A stretch of DNA of 60,367 nucleotides from Dicyema japonicum (Eukaryota; Animalia; Dicyemida): assembly GCA_011109175.1 (NCBI GenBank), contig RDEW01000028.1, positions 705,830 to 766,196 on the forward strand. Direction: 5' to 3'. This document shows, piece by piece, positions 1 through 12,000 of this stretch. The position numbers and the translations under genes were made by a program. The notes below the pieces were generated by a model that was given only the letters and a program-made list of their open reading frames with translations, had not been told where the DNA came from and did no database searches. The stretch's first letter is position 1. Each line of letters opens with the position of its first letter.

Positions 1-882
1 TTTAGAGATAGTATCTTCATATTCGGCAATTTTCAGGTCGTCAATAAAAAGAAAATGGTTAGTCTCGCATATGTCACAATAGACGGATCACTCTGATCAA
101 TGCATATCCTCGGGAATTTTATATTTAATATTCGGCTTAGTGAATCCACTACCAGAGTAACAGTCTTCTTTTTTTCGGAATGAGGTACGTAATCTCAGTA
201 TAGAACCATTCTTCCAGACAATATTCACCACTCACTATCTTGATAATCTCTCCACTCACATAACTATGGAGAGAATCAAATTTCTTGACAAAAAATCCAT
301 ATACTCCATCACAGCCAGAGCTCTTTCAATTCGGTGTATAGTGAATAATGTTCTTAACAAACTCAACTGTCATATTTAACGGTAATTCCTCTGCTCCTGT
401 TATTCGCATCCCAACAATATTTCTGTGAGAATAATTATGATCCTTTTCCCATACATCTTTCCAAAATTACACGCACTCATCTTCTGTAACTTCACAATCA
501 CTAATATTGACGTCATCATTGAGCCTTCGATAAAACCTCCTCATATTCAGCTCAAAACAAAAATTATCTCGTCTAAAGGATTTTCTTGATTCATGAATTG
601 AGATTTTTTCTCCATGATCTTGATTTGTCTTCAGTTATAGTAGAGATCCTTTTCAATTCTCCCTTCTTTGATTTTTTGTATCCAAACGAGCATAAAACAT
701 CAAGCGTTTTCTCCCTTTTTTCCCTTGATTGCTTCCCAGTAAACCCATAGACTAAGGAACAATTTTTTTTGAATTTCGCAATTCTCTTCTCCACGTTTCT
801 CTCCATTTATCACTCGAAAACATATGGTTACAGGAGCCATTAATGAAACCAAAGAATCACAATATTTCCATGATAACCACAA
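1..882 (-). mobile_element. Degenerate R4/Dong-like (RLE-type) non-LTR retrotransposon, region N-terminal to the RT core
   Basis: Minus-strand frames give W-K-x-x-G-C-D-G-V-Y-G-F-F-V-K-K, ENFCFELNMRRFYRRL and NLRPITLIDQSD-like motifs with many frameshifts; same family as 41780-43370 and 9655-10960. Confidence 0.7.
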
Positions 883-1169
883 GTATTGAACAATTGCAAA
901 AATATCAAAAAAATTGAAAATTTAACAAAGGCAAAAGTTCAAAAATCTAATGAGAGAGAATTTTTTCCAAAAATCCTAAAAAATTCATGTTTGAATTATG
1001 TAAAATAAAATTTGGGTTGCTTTTAACTAAGGATTTATAGTAATATTATTATAAGCAACATTCGTAGAATTAAAATAGTTATAATTTCACTCGGCAGCAT
1101 TCAAAACAATCTTCCGAACCAACTTCTTCTAACCTCCTCGATCGTAGGAGAGTATCCTAAACTCGTCCT

Positions 1170-4100
1170 TACTTCTTAGACGTTTGTTCGAGCTTTAGAT
1201 CTCTGTCAAGTGTTTCAGGTAGTGTAATATGCCGGCGTCCACGAAAGCACGGTCCCTTTCTCATAAAGTAGTCCTCCATTGCTATGTTTGCTGGAGAGTC
1301 CATACGCAAGATGTGTCCAAATAGCCTCCAGCACATATCAGCAATTTCGAGACTCAGTGGACCCGTGCAACATCTCTTGTACAGCGATTCCTTTTTTATT
1401 CTTGCTGGCCAGTTCAGTCCTAGTAGGGATCTATGTTGTCTTCAATGGAAAGAGTCTAGTCCAAGTTGTTCGGTTTTGGACGTTCCCCAGGTCGATGAAT
1501 TGTAAATTAGGATCGGCTTGACAAAATGTTTCATACAGTCTCAAACGAAGTGATGTGCAGGATCGTCGTTTGCCAATCCACTCTTTCTTAACTTGTTCAT
1601 CGTTACCCAAGCGAAGGCTTTCCTTCTGGCAATATCTTGATTGTCTCCAAGTAAAGAGCCAAGTTTGTTTGTTTTTCGCCATGTTTCACTTGATCTGCTA
1701 TCCATTCTCCTGATTTCCACAATGTCAGTTTTTGCGATGTTCATTCCAAGAAACCATCGGTTCAACTCAGCAGGGGACAGCTCGAGGAGTCGAAGTAGGA
1801 CCGATTTGTCTTCTGACATAGGCAATTTCGACGATGTTGCCATCATAGAACTTCCGAAGATCTCGTAGTGCCCCTCCAGATATATGACAAAAAGCAGGGG
1901 GAGAGGGAATCTCACTGAGGAGTACCAACATTGCACGTAAATTCACGGGATAACGTCTTACCGATCCGCACTCTGAGCTTCGTGTTAGATAGCAACACTC
2001 TGATCATATTGACAGAATCTGGGTCCAAGAATTGCTTCAGTATTTTGAGAAGTAGACCACGACGGACCGTGTCAAAGGCCCTAGAGAGGTCTATTCCCAG
2101 GACTGTTGTTGCACTTTCAAATCTCTGGTTGATAGCGCAGCGCCACTTGTGGCTGCATGCTCCATCTGCAGTGGATCTTCCTGTCCTGAATCCACTGTGA
2201 CTAGGGGATATATAGTTTTCCATTTGTTCTCTTATTCGGTTCAGCGTAACTAATGGCAGAAGTTTCCGTAAGGTGTTTAGCAGGATTATTGGACGTAGGT
2301 TTTCAACAGGTCCAGCATGCTTGTTAGGTTTTTGTATTGGTACAGTATGACCTATATTTGGGGCACCTATTTAAAAAAATGCCCCAAAAACAGAGGTTTC
2401 CCCAAAAATAGAGGTTCGGCATTTTCTTTAGATTTATCCACAGTTTAACAATTTAAATTTGGTTTTTATTAAATTTATAGATAAATAATGTTGTTTTTTT
2501 TTATAGATTTTTCAGAATTATATTAAAAACAAATTTATTTAACGATAGGAAAATAGTCTGTTAATTTCCCTCCGGTTGCGGATTTTTTCATTTGCATTCC
2601 TAATATTTTTTCTGAAATTATAATAATATTTCAAAGCTTCAGGAAACAAATTGAAAAATGTTCTCTTCAAGTGTATTCATCGCTGTTATTGTTTCCAAAT
2701 GAGAATAGGTACATTTTACTCCGTCGTATATATTCTCGTCATTATTTTCTACTTCATTTTCAGTATATCTTTAATTGTGTTATCTAAACTCTCCAATTCA
2801 TTATTCACCAATGAGAGAGTTTGAACACGACATCAATTTTCTCCCAACAATTAGTAATTGATTCAGAGTGTATTTGTTGCCATGTCTACCCAACAATAAT
2901 GATTATTTGTCTAAGATTTACTTGCTTTAAATTCAACATTGTAAACTTATTATCCTCAAAAGATAGGGTAAAATCCATCAAATTATTTGATAAGACAATT
3001 TGATTGTACGGACCCATTATTTATAAAGTTCATATAATTTTGTTTAATTCTAGATACTGCTCCTAAACAATAGAATTATCAGATAACCTTTACTAATTTT
3101 TATACTTTTTGACAATATCTCGTTCGCTCATGAACAATTTTCGTTGATTTCTTTTAAGCTTTAACTCCAACGAAAAGCTTCCTCCTCATGACAACAAAAA
3201 CGCAAATCTAGCACGCGAAGTTTAAGAAAATCTCATATAATTAAATTTAATATTAATTGCAAGACTTTATATAAATTAAAAAAAATTAAGTGCCCCACTA
3301 AGAGGTTCAGGTAATTTCCAAATTTGCAAATTACTGTATAAAAATGATCTAATTTTCAAACTGCCCCAAAAATAGATGTGCCCCAATGAGGAGGTCCGCC
3401 CCAAATGGAGGTTGCACTGTATTAATAGTCCGGATCCGAGAGCTGGGTATTCTTTTTTTATAAACATAGAGTTGAGTAGTTTTGCCAACTTGTCTGTTAG
3501 TGCAGGTGGCCCATATTTGACAAGTTCTGAATTGATTCCATCCGGTCCAGGAGAGCGACCATTCTTATTTTGACCATTGCATTTGAGATTTCGCCAGATG
3601 TGATAGCTTTATCAAGTTGGGTGGCGTATCCACAAGTATGATCAGATATTTCTCCGCGGACAGTTAATATATCTTCGAAATGCGACGCAATATGTTCACC
3701 CTGATCTTTGAGATTTGTTAAGAATCTTCCATTTCTGTCATGTAGTTTGAGTTTGTTTTCTTCTGTTGAGCAGACGGATTGCAGTGAACACTTTTGATGA
3801 GTCTTTTAACTGTTCAACTTCTGCAGCTCTTAGATCAAGAAGGTTAGTGCTTTTTATTCAAAATCTTTATGGTTTTCTGAGTGGATCTTCTAGACTTCAA
3901 GATTTGTTTCCTGTCCGGATCAGACGTATTTTCCAGTTGTAATCTTAGTTCCCTTTGTTCTTTAATGAGGGCGGAACATCTGGATGTATACATTTTTAAC
4001 AGTGCTAAGGACCAGGTTCCGATACTCCAATTTGCTGCCAAGAGGATCCCTTTCATTGTCTCCGCCCAGGTGCCTCCTGGATAAAGTCCGGGATCCAGGT

Positions 4101-4678
4101 TTCGGAGAAATTTTGTAATTGATATTTGGTAGTTGTCTCTGATAGATGTAGAGTAACACAGTTGTTCCATTTTATAACTTCTTACATCTACGTTTGGCTC
4201 TCTTCTTATTAGGTCCTCATTGTGAACTTGGTAGAGACTATCTTGTGATCACTGTCGATACCTGCACCTCCGTAATACTTCGAGTCATGTAGGAGTGATT
4301 TTTCTTTTACTCGACAGATGATGTAGTCGATATGATTGAAAATGATAATAGAGCCTTTGGTAGGTAGAGGTCGTTGCCCATTCCATGTCGTTTTATGACG
4401 TGCGGGATGTTGGAAACCAGTATTACACAGGAACAGATCAATTGCCTGGCAAAACTCTGTCAAGATGGTTCCGGGGAAGTTTCTGATTCCTCTTCCGTGC
4501 TGACCAATAAAGCTTTCATTTCCTCTACGGGTTCCCACTTTCGCATTCCAGTCCCCGACAATAAACAACAAGTATGATGAACAGAGATCTGTTGATGTCC
4601 TTCCCAATTCCTCGTAGAACAGGTCAAGTTCTTCCGGATTTTTTTAGGATGCGTCCACTGTGTGTGCGTAAACGTTTG
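1170..4678 (-). mobile_element. RTE-like LINE (APE endonuclease + RT), fragmented, interrupted by a DNA element at 2343-3419
   Basis: APE motifs IVGDWNAKVG, HIDYIICR and SDHKIV (4209-4607); RT motifs SGFRTGRSTAD, LGIDLSRAFDTV and GTPQ (1912-2223); removing the insert restores LGSGLLIPIQKPNKHAGPVENLRPI. Confidence 0.9.
2343..3419. mobile_element. Non-autonomous pogo/Tc1-mariner-like DNA transposon nested in the LINE
   Basis: TA target duplication at 2341-2342 and 3420-3421; imperfect TIRs CAGTATGACCTATATTTGGGGC and (reverse complement) CAGTGCAACCTCCATTTGGGGC; the host LINE frame is rejoined across it. Confidence 0.8.
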
Positions 4679-4681
4679 ATA

Positions 4682-4812
4682 ACTCCTAATTACCCTAATC
4701 CATTCTCTAATTCACCATAATTCATTCTCTTATTTACCCTAACACATAATCTATTTCACCCTAATCCATTCTCTAATACACCATAATCCATTTTTTAATT
4801 TACCCTAATTAA
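4682..4812. repeat. Degenerate ~22-bp minisatellite (TCACCCTAATCCATTCTCTAAT-like)
   Basis: Repeated ACCCTAATCCATTCTCT / ACCATAATCCATT units visible directly. Confidence 0.7.
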
Positions 4813-6270
4813 TCCGAAAATCAACATTGATTGACTTTCCTACATAGTTTAAAGGTTTATATTTTGATATCCAAGTGCTTTGAGTCTTGATTAATTATCA
4901 TGACTACTTATCACAATTTTACAATAAATATTGATTAAAACTCTAAATTTGAATGATTATTTGTCTGAACTGACATTCATATTTTATTTTTTGACTCCTC
5001 CATGTGAACAATCGTGTGGAGCTTTTTCAATGTCATGGATTTCAGTTTCATTATCAATGGCCATTACGATTTCTTATGTGAATGTACATTTGAGGTTAAA
5101 TCTTTGGATAATGTACAATATCTTTCATTAATTATAGTAAAATTATGAATTTTAAGTAGTTTATATTTTTCTTCCCTCGTTGGATGTTCAGGGAATGCAT
5201 TAAGGCATTTTTTAAAATTTAATATTCCAAACTATCACAAAACCTTTGTAAGAAGCCATTACCAAAAAATAATGAAACACGCTAGAAATCACGTGAGAAA
5301 TGCCACAATAAACATAAAATTATGATAATAAAATGTAACCAGCTGTCCACGCATAACCAGGGGCCCATGAAATAATATGTCATTTTCACAAATCTTATTG
5401 ATATAATTTACTGCATAATCAATTCATACATCCAAGATTTTCTTTCTCTCATCAAAGATAATTTATAATTAAATAATCCACGAGATAGTCTTGTCTATTG
5501 AAATAACTTTTCTTCGTTTTAGTAGACTATCCACGTTGACACTCAAGCTTGTGTAACAAAACTTGCCAAAACAAACTTAGAAAAAATCAACTTCAAAACA
5601 CCTCACAAATCACAAGACTACAAGTAAGAGCAACCCTATTTGAAATCCTTGTGAGGAAGTCGGACAGCATATTCATCCAAAATGGAAAACTGCCAGAAAA
5701 AAAGTGCTATCGAAAATGTGCCGGTTTCCGAGAAAAAATGAGAATGTTATCTGCTCTAAACATTCAGACTAAATTATCTCTAAGATATCTTTTCTACATG
5801 ACCAGTCTATACGAGACTTTTTTTAGTGATTAGTTTGCTAAAGATTGAGGTAGTACATATATTGCAAGAATTGTATATATCATATATCTAAAGTCTTGTT
5901 CCCAAAGAAAAGCAGACTGGGAGACATTTGATATACTAAGTTTACGAACAAACTATGTTGTCTAGATAATCTCGTCCAATACGAATGAACATGGATAAGT
6001 CTGCCTTGAAAACATGGATATTATTTAGTTGACATCTTTAAATGATCCTTTTGATGTTCATAGTGAATACATGATTACTTAATTTATTATTAAAAGCCCT
6101 TTAATATGCAATCATTTCTACAGTTATTTTAGCATTTTGAGTTTGTGGTTTCATGCATCAGTTGTGATGTTAAACTCAGACTTTCTAAATATTTTAATTA
6201 AGCTCTTTCTATTATTGGAAAAAGCCAAAAAAATGGAAATTTCCAATTGAAAATTGCAGTATAATTTTAC

Positions 6271-6278
6271 TATAAATA
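6271..6278 (+). promoter_or_regulatory. TATA box (TATAAATA) upstream of the 68-aa ORF
   Basis: Canonical TATAAATA starting 31 nt before the ATG at 6302; palindrome GGAAATTTCC at 6235-6244. Confidence 0.5.
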
Positions 6279-6301
6279 CTGCGCGCTTATTAAGATACGA
6301 A

Positions 6302-6508
6302 ATGGTTGTCTACGTTTGTGTTAATGGTAATGTCTACGATGTTGCTTCTGCCGATACGGCCCCTGAGTGTGCCTGCTTCAGCTCGGAAACCGCTACTGCT
6401 GAGGAGGTAGCGGCTGCTTTCATGGATGCTGGAGCTGTTGAAGTCGACGGAAGATATGAGGCGTCAGCTGAGCAGTTTGAGACAGTCAGGGCAAGATTCA
6501 GCGTTTAA
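6302..6508 (+). CDS. Orphan 68-aa acidic, Ala-rich protein (intronless)
   Basis: Clean ATG-TAA ORF (MVVYVCVNGNVYDVASAD...RARFSV) forming a GC-elevated island in AT-rich DNA, with a TATA box upstream. Confidence 0.7.
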   Translation: MVVYVCVNGNVYDVASADTAPECACFSSETATAEEVAAAFMDAGAVEVDGRYEASAEQFETVRARFSV

Positions 6509-6789
6509 TTTGAGTTAATGACTCTAATTTTTTTCCTAACTGATTTTGACTTAATTTTTTAGTTATGAGAATTTATTGATTTATTATTGTCGATTTATAG
6601 GAAATAGTTGAAGAATAACTTTGTGTTTAATAATCACTTTGTGGTTACATTTTTATGTTAATTGATAAGGTATATTCCATTGACATTTTTGTATTGAAAT
6701 ATTTACTAATATTGAATTTAATATTTTTATTAATATTTTCATTGACAAATATGATTTACACTACAGATCTGATAACTATAGAGAAACCT

Positions 6790-7335
6790 GGATAAATATT
6801 CTTTGGGACCGTTTTCGTTTCATCTCAATTGACTTCGGGTGTGGCCTGTCACCTGAGGGGTTCTCCGATAGATTTGAACATCAATCTCATCAAGACTGAA
6901 AGATTCTAGGGAATGCCGTTGGTTTCAAGAGCATTTTCAATCTTTCGTGGCAATTCATACTGTCTTTGCAGATTTTGGAACCTAATAGCATCACTACTGA
7001 AGAGAATGACCATTAAGATCTTTTCCACCATCTGCCGAAAATTTATCCACCCAATATTGATTTAAACACGTACATCTTAGTAAGTTCCCATTTCTCATGA
7101 GGAGTTAACAATCAAGGAAGTGGCCAAATTTCTACTCTATAACTCTCGAAAATTCATAAGGCCTCCAAACAGTCTTCTCCACAAAATGCCAGTCAGATAT
7201 CTTGAAACCATGGGAAGAGCAGTGCAGGATGCCTTCTCTGTTGGTATCGATTTCCCTTTTATCTCTTTTAATCGAGTGGGCAATAAAAATAAATAATACT
7301 GTTAAAGACAAGATCATCATCTCCTTATTCTGCAT
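6790..7335 (-). CDS. Putative secreted protein (frameshifted, model uncertain)
   Basis: N-terminus MMILSLTVLFIFIAHS is signal-peptide-like and followed by KRDKR; downstream Cys-containing frames and a candidate ~29-nt GT-AG intron. Confidence 0.35.
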
Positions 7336-7559
7336 AAACTGATTATAAAAGTGAATCTTTAATAATTTATAATGTTTATGGAGTATTAAGTCAATATGTG
7401 TTATGTCATTTTAATATATGTAGAGTTGGTGGTTTCACTTACCAAATTAGTCCCTATTAATTTCCAAATTAAGATTACATTCATTATTACTTTTAAGTGC
7501 TATAATGATAGAATTTTTTTCATTTTACTATCATTTCTTAATTACGTTTTCAACATGGG

Positions 7560-8001
7560 NNNNNNNNNNNNNNNNNNNNNNNNNNNNNNNNNNNNNNNNN
7601 NNNNNNNNNNNNNNNNNNNNNNNNNNNNNNNNNNNNNNNNNNNNNNNNNNNNNNNNNNNNNNNNNNNNNNNNNNNNNNNNNNNNNNNNNNNNNNNNNNNN
7701 NNNNNNNNNNNNNNNNNNNNNNNNNNNNNNNNNNNNNNNNNNNNNNNNNNNNNNNNNNNNNNNNNNNNNNNNNNNNNNNNNNNNNNNNNNNNNNNNNNNN
7801 NNNNNNNNNNNNNNNNNNNNNNNNNNNNNNNNNNNNNNNNNNNNNNNNNNNNNNNNNNNNNNNNNNNNNNNNNNNNNNNNNNNNNNNNNNNNNNNNNNNN
7901 NNNNNNNNNNNNNNNNNNNNNNNNNNNNNNNNNNNNNNNNNNNNNNNNNNNNNNNNNNNNNNNNNNNNNNNNNNNNNNNNNNNNNNNNNNNNNNNNNNNN
8001 N
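7560..8001. other. Assembly gap
   Basis: Run of N. Confidence 1.
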
Positions 8002-8449
8002 CTTTAATTTCCTTTTGGACACGAAGGGTTGTTTGCCTGGTTTGACTTTACTGGTAATGAACTACTGGGACTCTACTTTAAGGAATGAAGCACAAGTTCT
8101 GAGGGAAAAGTATCACGTTATGTTCTCCCAAATGGACGGGTTAATATGAGTGGACTGAGTACCTCTAATGTCGACTATTTTACTTCTGCCTTGGCGGATG
8201 TACTTTAACTCACTTGTTACTATAAATCACTAACTTTTATGAAGCTTTGTCAATAAAGGACCTACCATACTAAAATTTTAGGCTGAGGATCTGAGACCAG
8301 AAACAAGCACAAGTGAAATAAATCATTCGATGGATTGATTCATTCCTACTTTATATTTTGGAAAGGGGCTCGATATTGAAATCAAACCACTAGGAATAAT
8401 AATTATTTATTGATCCAAGACCAGGGTGAAATCGAACTAATTAATCCGT

Positions 8450-8768
8450 GACCTCAATTCACTTCGCAAGCGACCTTCATCTTTGTTCGGTAATCTCCCC
8501 ACGAGCCACACAAGACCGCACTGGCGGGTAGTCGGTTTGGAGCCCTTTTATGGGCTGAGGAATTTCCTTCGGGATAAACACGACCTGGTTCCCGCAAATG
8601 TCTTAATAAATCATTTCTTTGCGCAAACAAAGACCTGGATCCTGTGGAAACCAAGAGCGACACTTCTGATGGAAACTATTGGCAGTTAGTTTGCGACTAA
8701 AGTCGGCGCCCGACCTGGACCTTAATCAATTTTATGTTTTCCGGAGTACCCTTAATAATAATTATTAG
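8450..8768 (+). mobile_element. Probable 3' end of a non-LTR retroelement
   Basis: GC-elevated ORF fragment ending at 8689, short UTR, then a (TAA)n/(ATT)n tail like the other LINE ends in the window; no diagnostic motif. Confidence 0.3.
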
Positions 8769-9129
8769 TAGGGCAACCGCAAGGTTGACATAAAAAATTG
8801 ACCTTCCAAAAGTCAACAAAGTTTATCCAAAAAAGAGGAAAGTTGACAAAAATGTAGACCTAAAAAGAATTTTTTTAATAATTTTTAGGCAACAATTATT
8901 TTAGAAACATTTCGGTCTTTCGCCAAAATTTTATGAAGAACTGAAAACGAACGCTCCACCGAATATGTAGTGGCCTGAAATTGGAGTAGTTGAAACTTCT
9001 CCAAAGGCAAAAAAATTCTAACAGTAGGTTTTGGAGGTAATTTTATTTCAGCAAATAGTTGCCTTCGACTACTATTTTTCAGAACAAGTCCTTTTATGGA
9101 GACAAGGACTTGGTTATTTATTCAAATAA

Positions 9130-9480
9130 TTAGTTTTAGATACGGAATCCATTTTGGTTAGTCATAGTAATGAGTTATTACCCGTCGAAAATATGGAACT
9201 TATCGAACTATTTAATGATCGTACTTTAAAATTATCACATATGGAATTAAATATTGGCGAATTTGGATCAAAATTCTTTTCTAGGTTTCCAAAAATAACA
9301 GCTAAAGGTAAGAATACACAGCAATGAGGATTCATTCTACAATTTTCAACAACTTATTTGTGTGAGAAGGGGTTTTCTGCATTACAAAACATTAAAACCA
9401 ATAAGCGGAAAATCTACTGGATTTAGATTCAAAAATGCGACCGGCCTTGTCAAATATTAAGCCAGAACAATTATGTAAAA
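9130..9480 (+). mobile_element. hAT (Buster/Charlie, ZBED5/SCAND3-like) transposase C-terminal remnant
   Basis: ILQFSTTYLCEKGFSALQNIKTNKR hAT dimerisation motif, frameshifted. Confidence 0.8.
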
Positions 9481-9654
9481 CAGGTAAGAATACACATTTT
9501 TGGTGTTTTTCCAACTGAAATCATATACTTTCCCACATCGGTTAATAACAAGTAAAAATTTGTCCTCTCAACATTTGCACATCGAATCGTATCATCCACA
9601 ATCTGACATACAATTGATGCATTTGCGAAAAATTTAATTTTATACAATCGATAA

Positions 9655-10960
9655 GATAGCTGATTTACACAAATTTCTCATGGAGAATTTGAGCAGATTG
9701 ATAAGAATATTCGCCGAATTCTTATGGACAGACGTATACATTTCCAACACGCAAACAAAGAAAGATTGTATCTACCAAGAAATAAATTTGGAAGAGGCCT
9801 GGAGTCTGTCAGTAATAAAGCTGAGCGGATGCTCCTCCAATTTTATAATGACTTAGAACATAAGGCAAATTACTGCCTGAGAAGAGAAGGAATTCTACGG
9901 GTCATTAATTCAAAGAAAACCCACATGGCCACTATCGTAGAATTCATTTCCAGAAAGTACAACATTGAGATTGCAAAGGATTTGACAATGTCGACATTGA
10001 TGGAAATACAGCATGAATATCTACTGGGAAAAATTGAAGAGAAACCGCTGCACTCTATTCTATTTGAGTGTCTGAAAGATACCGAAGTGAATATTGCTGA
10101 ATCCTCGGTGGTTAGTTCATGGAAATCATTCTCCTGTAACCGAAGGAAGGCTGTGTCTGCTTCAGGATCGTAACATGTTTTTTGATAATGGAGAAGCCAA
10201 GTGCAAACATTGTAACTCAGGAAGAAAAGACCGTTGATCACCTTGCAACTAGATGTGGGAGAATGCTGAATAGCTCGTATCTCAGGCGGCATAACGAGGT
10301 GGTCAGATGTATTCACTTACACCTCTGCCGTCAATATGGAATAAGAAAAACTAAGAACTGAAGACCCACTCAGTCCAATCTGTTGTCTCAAATGAATTTG
10401 TGGAGATTCGTGTGGATACTACGATTAGTACGGATACAGCTGTGGCGAATAACAAACCTGATATATTTGTCCATGACAAAGTGAGGAATACAATCACTCT
10501 TGTCGAAGTTGGGGTTACTTCGCAAATTGCCTTAAGCAGGTCGAAGTTGAGAAGTTCCACAAATATGACTTATTGGCAAATGAACTTGAAGCAATTCATC
10601 ACGCAAAAGTGAAAGTAATCCCTGTTGTAATGACCTGGGATGGAATTGTCTCAAGATTTTTCAAGGGTCATCTTGATTTCCTCAAGCTGGAAGAAAGAGT
10701 GAGAGCATATATTCAGACAGTGGTTCTGAGGAAGACATTGGAAAGCATGCAAGCTGAAGAGAGGCATGGTATATCGATACCTAGTGAGGAGAAAGCTGAA
10801 ACGGAATGTCAACAAGGGCAGCCTCAGAATGTGGAGTGTGCTTCGACGAGAACACACCCATACGGTCACTGGATTATGGGCCCAAGAAAGAGAAGATTAA
10901 GCTAATTAATTAATTACTTTAACATGGATTTTTTATTCATAAAATCAAATATGTTTCTAC
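9655..10960 (+). mobile_element. R4/Dong-like RLE non-LTR retrotransposon, 3' part
   Basis: ERLYLPRNKFGRGL, CCHC knuckle (CKHC...DHLATRC), YLRRHNEVV and the restriction-like nuclease motif NNKPDIFV...LVEVG. Confidence 0.88.
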
Positions 10961-11127
10961 AGATAATTATTAGTAGGTGTCTACAGCTAAAATATATTAT
11001 GTTGAAAATCAGAAATTGTTATATTGGTTTTTATATTCTTAAAAATAAGTTATAATGATTACGAAATTTAAATATATACAAATAATAAAGGAACCACGTT
11101 GTATTAAGTTCTGTTGTGGGTATATTA

Positions 11128-11382
11128 ATGACATTCGCCAAAGATTTATTATACCCTGACCCTAAGGATGAACAACGAAAGCACAAATTAAAACGCCTGG
11201 TCCCATCTCCAAATTCCTACTTCATGGACGTTCGTTGTGGGGGATGCAATGCGATGACGACAATCTTCAGTCACTCTCAGACGGTGATCAGTTGTGTTGG
11301 GTGTAATGTCCCTCTCTGCTTCCCCAAGGGAGGAAAATGCAAACTTAGGGAAGGCTGCCAATTCCGTCGTAAAATAGAATAA
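11128..11382 (+). CDS. RPS27: 40S ribosomal protein S27 (eS27)
   Basis: KDLL..P....[24 protein letters not shown]...[13 protein letters not shown]...LC.PKGGK..L.EGC.FRRK; ATG at 11128; no intron. Confidence 0.96.
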   Translation: MTFAKDLLYPDPKDEQRKHKLKRLVPSPNSYFMDVRCGGCNAMTTIFSHSQTVISCVGCNVPLCFPKGGKCKLREGCQFRRKIE

Positions 11383-11859
11383 TTCTCTATTTCTTTCTTT
11401 TGCCATGTTCGTTCTTATTCAGTCATTTATTCTATTTTGTGTGCTTTAGTAGTCGGTTGTCCCACTCTTCCCTTTGGGCTGTGTACTTTTGGCTTTCTCT
11501 GTACTCTTAGCTTACTTATCTATTAAAGATACAATAAAAATTCATTACTGATTGGATACAGGATAATAATGTTTTTTTAATTCTATGTATTTGTACTGAT
11601 GAATATACTTTACAACTTTATGCTGGTTAAAATTATACCACACTGAGTGCCCAATTGGTCAACAGTTATTTTGGTTTTCTTTCAATGATTACTACATAAT
11701 GACCCATTGATGAGAAAAACGAATTTCTATCAGACAGTATAAATGCTTCGCGTCTTAGGCATTATTTTTTTAGCCACTCTAAAGAAGATAAATCGACATT
11801 CCGTTCATCCCATATGTTTAAAGAGTTCATAATTAATGACTCATAAATTATGAGTAAAC

Positions 11860-12000
11860 AAAGGCCGGTCATTCGTGTGGGATGCTACTTGCAGGGACAC
11901 ATTCTCGCAGGAAATCTCACCATGGCCACGGGAATTCTCATGGCTCTGGCAGAGAATTCTGATTGCAGGGACAGTCGAGTAATTTTTTTCCTTATTATTA
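11860..12000 (+). mobile_element. Short, internally deleted CRE-like retroelement scrap
   Basis: GRSFVWDATCRDT and LWQRI motifs typical of the CRE RLE C-terminus. Confidence 0.5.

Noticed and set aside
4682-4812. Telomeric repeat / chromosome end
   Set aside because: CCCTAA occurs only as part of a longer degenerate ~22-bp unit, not as a tandem hexamer array
4930-6170. Possible degenerate membrane-protein gene on the minus strand
   Set aside because: Hydrophobic patches only, with many stops and no recognisable motif
7396-8149. Long ORFs spanning N-runs (also 33490-34164 and 56891-57769)
   Set aside because: Artefacts of translating gaps
8700-8720. tRNA-Lys primer-binding site of an LTR element (GGCGCCCGACCTGGAC)
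   Set aside because: Only a partial match, with no LTR pair and no gag/integrase nearby
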